From Mizuhopecten yessoensis (taxonomy: Eukaryota): a DNA stretch of 64,000 nt. The notes beneath the pieces are model-generated. The model was not told where the DNA came from. It did no database searches and worked only from the letters and a program-made list of their open reading frames with translations. The translations under genes were made by a program, and so were the position numbers. Location of the stretch: contig NW_018480052.1 of NCBI RefSeq assembly GCF_002113885.1, forward strand, positions 163,474 through 227,473, in the 5' to 3' direction. This document shows positions 61,411 through 64,000 of the stretch, in pieces; positions within the stretch are counted from its first letter, which is position 1; each line of letters starts with the position of its first letter.

Positions 61411-62304
61411 AGAAACGAATAGTCTTAGAGTATGGTCATGACATGTCAGAATTCATGTTTAGCTGATAGAGGGGTATTTATTGGTATATATACAGTTCCC
61501 CATGTTAGACATAAGTCCATGGCAGACACCCATACCACTGCATTTCTCAGGTGATGAGTTGTGAAGTGGGTATTAAGGCTCTGAAGGAAAGAAAACTCTC
61601 AAAATAGACTTTTAACTTGAGTTATAACAACATTGTAAGCTTCAACTTCAAATGAAGGAAGACTGCATATCTTCAAAGCTTAGCACAATAAACTGTTTGA
61701 GGCATGAGTTCAAATTCTTGTAGAACTTCAAAAGATTGAAGACATACAGCAGGCTCTTGCTTGAATGACTGACTTGAAATTCCTTGTATTTAATATATCA
61801 TTGTGGTTACATGCATGTGTGCAGTTCCGATAATTTCCTGTTATTTCCTGAATACATAGATCATTAACAGCCATGTGTCAATATGTTAAATAGTCTGGCA
61901 CAAATGTTGAGGTTCGTAATTGATAGAAAAGGGAGCATCCATGTTTTACACACCAGTACCAAAAGGAAGAGGGCAGTCTGCTACTGAAAGTCATATTTCA
62001 GCAAAACCACAACTATGAGAAAGAGAAAACCAGATGCTTTAACACTAATGGAATGATCTTATGTTTACCAAATATAATTGGATCGAATTCACTTTTCAAA
62101 TTGAGTTAAATACATCATACCATTTATCAAATTAAGAAGAACAAGACAGGTGTGACCGCTGCATACAGATGTACCTCTGCCTCTCTGTCCTCCACATCAC
62201 TTCCCACAACACTTCTTCTTTGCTCGTCTGACCCCTGACCTCTTCTGCATTCTCTTCCATCACCTTTTCTGTCTGTCTGGTTTCCTTTTTCCGTTTAGCT
62301 CAAT

Positions 62305-64000
62305 CTCTCTACTTATCTCATCTTCCTCTACACCTTCCAGACACCTTCCAGTACTCTACCTCCTTATCTTCCTCTACACCTTCCACTCCTGATACCTCCT
62401 TATCTTCCTCTACATCCTCCAGCCCTTTACCTCCCTATCTTCCTCTACACCCTCCAGTCATCTACCTCCTTATCTTCCTCTACACCTTCCAGTCCTGATA
62501 CCTCCTTATCTTCCTCTACATCCTCCAGCCCTTTACCTCCCTATCTTCCTGTACACCCTCCAGTCCTCTACCTCCCTATCTTCCTCTACACCTTCCAGTC
62601 CTCTACCTCCCTATCTTCCTCTACACCTTCCAGTCCTCTGCCTTCCTATCTTCATCTACACTTTCAAGTCATCTGCCTCCTTATCTTCATCTACACCTTC
62701 CAGTCTTCTACCTCCCTATCTTCCTCTATACCCTCCAGTCCTCTACCTCCCTATCTTCCTCTACACCCTCCAGTCCTCTAACTCCCTATCTTCCTCCACT
62801 CCCTCCAGTCCTCTACCTCCCTATCTTCATCTACACCTTCCAGTCCTCTGCCTCCTTATCTTCCTCCACACCTTCCAGTCCTCTACCTCCCTATCTTCCT
62901 CTACACCTTCCAGTCCTCTACCTCCCTATCTCCCTCTACACCTTCCAGTCCTGATACCTCCTTATCTTCCTCTACATCCTCCAGTCCTCTACCTCCTTAT
63001 CTTCCTCTACACTTTCAGTCCTCTACCTCCCTATCTTCATCTACATCCTCCAGTCCTCTATTTCCCTATCTTCTCTACACCCTTCAGTCCTCTACCTCCC
63101 TATCTTCCTCCACTCCCTCTAGTCCTCTACCTCCGTATCTTCCTCTATACCCTCCAGTCCTCTACCTCCCTATCTTCATCTACACCCTCCAGTCCTCTTC
63201 ATCCCAATCTTCCTCTACACCTTCCCGTCATAAACCTCCCTACCTTCATCTACACCTTCCAGTCCTCTACCTCCTTATTTTCCTCTACACCCTCCAGTCC
63301 TCTGCCTCCTTATCTTCCTCTACACCTACCAGTCCTCTACCTCCCTATCTTCCTCTACACCTTCCAGTCCTCTCCCTCCCTATTTTCCTCTACACCTTCC
63401 AGTCCTCTACCTCCCTACCTTCATCTACACCTTCCAGTCCTCTCCCTCCTTATTTTCCTCTACACCCTCCAGTCCTCTGCCTCCCGATCTTCCTCTACAC
63501 CTTCCAGTCATATACCTCCCTACCTTCCTCTTCACCTTCCCGTCCTCTACCTCCTTATCTTCCTCTACACCCTCTAGTCCTCACCCTCCCGATCTTCCTC
63601 TACACCTTCCAGTCCTCTACTTCCCTATCTTCATCAACACCTTCCAGTCCTCTGCCTCCTTATCTTCCTCTGCACCTTCCAGTCCTCTGCCTCCTTATCT
63701 TCCTCTACACCTTCCAGTCCTCTACCTCCCTATCTTCATCTACACCTTCCAGTCTTCTACCTCCCTATCTTCCTCTACACTTTCAAGTCATCTGCCTCCT
63801 TATCTTCATTTACACCCTCCAGTCCTCTATCTCCCTATCTTCCTCCACTCCCCCCAGTCCTCTAACTCCTTATTTTCCTCTACACCCTCCAGTCCTCTAC
63901 TTCCCTATCTTCATCTACACCTTCCAGTCCTCTACCTCCCTACCTTCATCTACACCTTCCAGTCCTCTCCCTCCTTATTTTCCTCTACACCCTCCAGTCC
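62305..64000. repeat. Pyrimidine-rich minisatellite, 35-bp unit, more than 45 copies, running off the window end
   Basis: Unit cctctacctccctatcttcctctacaccttccagt. Confidence 0.96.

Overview
Eukaryotic, AT-rich genomic DNA from an invertebrate, probably a bivalve mollusc such as a scallop. That assignment is inferred from the RING-less B-box/NHL TRIM, the Helentron-type non-autonomous elements and the SINE types. I reconstructed five protein-coding genes by hand from GT-AG sites and reading-frame phase. (1) An intronless B-box/coiled-coil/NHL TRIM-like gene (+, 8413-9978). (2) AAMP, a WD40 protein (-, 11 coding exons, 32770->15707, 410 aa). (3) TSFM, mitochondrial EF-Ts (+, 6 exons, 32964-47585, 366 aa), head-to-head with AAMP. 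(4) An intact DEDDh 3'-5' exonuclease (TREX/exuperantia/PML-C-terminal-like) nested on the same strand in TSFM intron 4 (40006/40030-41683). (5) GUK1 guanylate kinase (-, 8 exons, 60529->54348), with an in-frame upstream exon encoding a mitochondrial-type presequence. The rest is repeats: a decayed CR1/L2-group LINE, Helentron-type non-autonomous elements, Kolobok-like and other MITEs, tRNA-derived SINEs, miniature LTR elements with tRNA-like LTRs, and many minisatellites. Three observations stand out. The nested exonuclease's first exon is phase-compatible with the EF-Ts N-terminal exons, so a mitochondria-targeted fusion isoform is possible. Several minisatellites are built from copies of a gene's own exon end plus 5' splice site (about 29, 20 and 3 copies). 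A tRNA-LTR miniature retroelement ends on an AAMP splice donor. All exon models are manual and unverified by transcript data.
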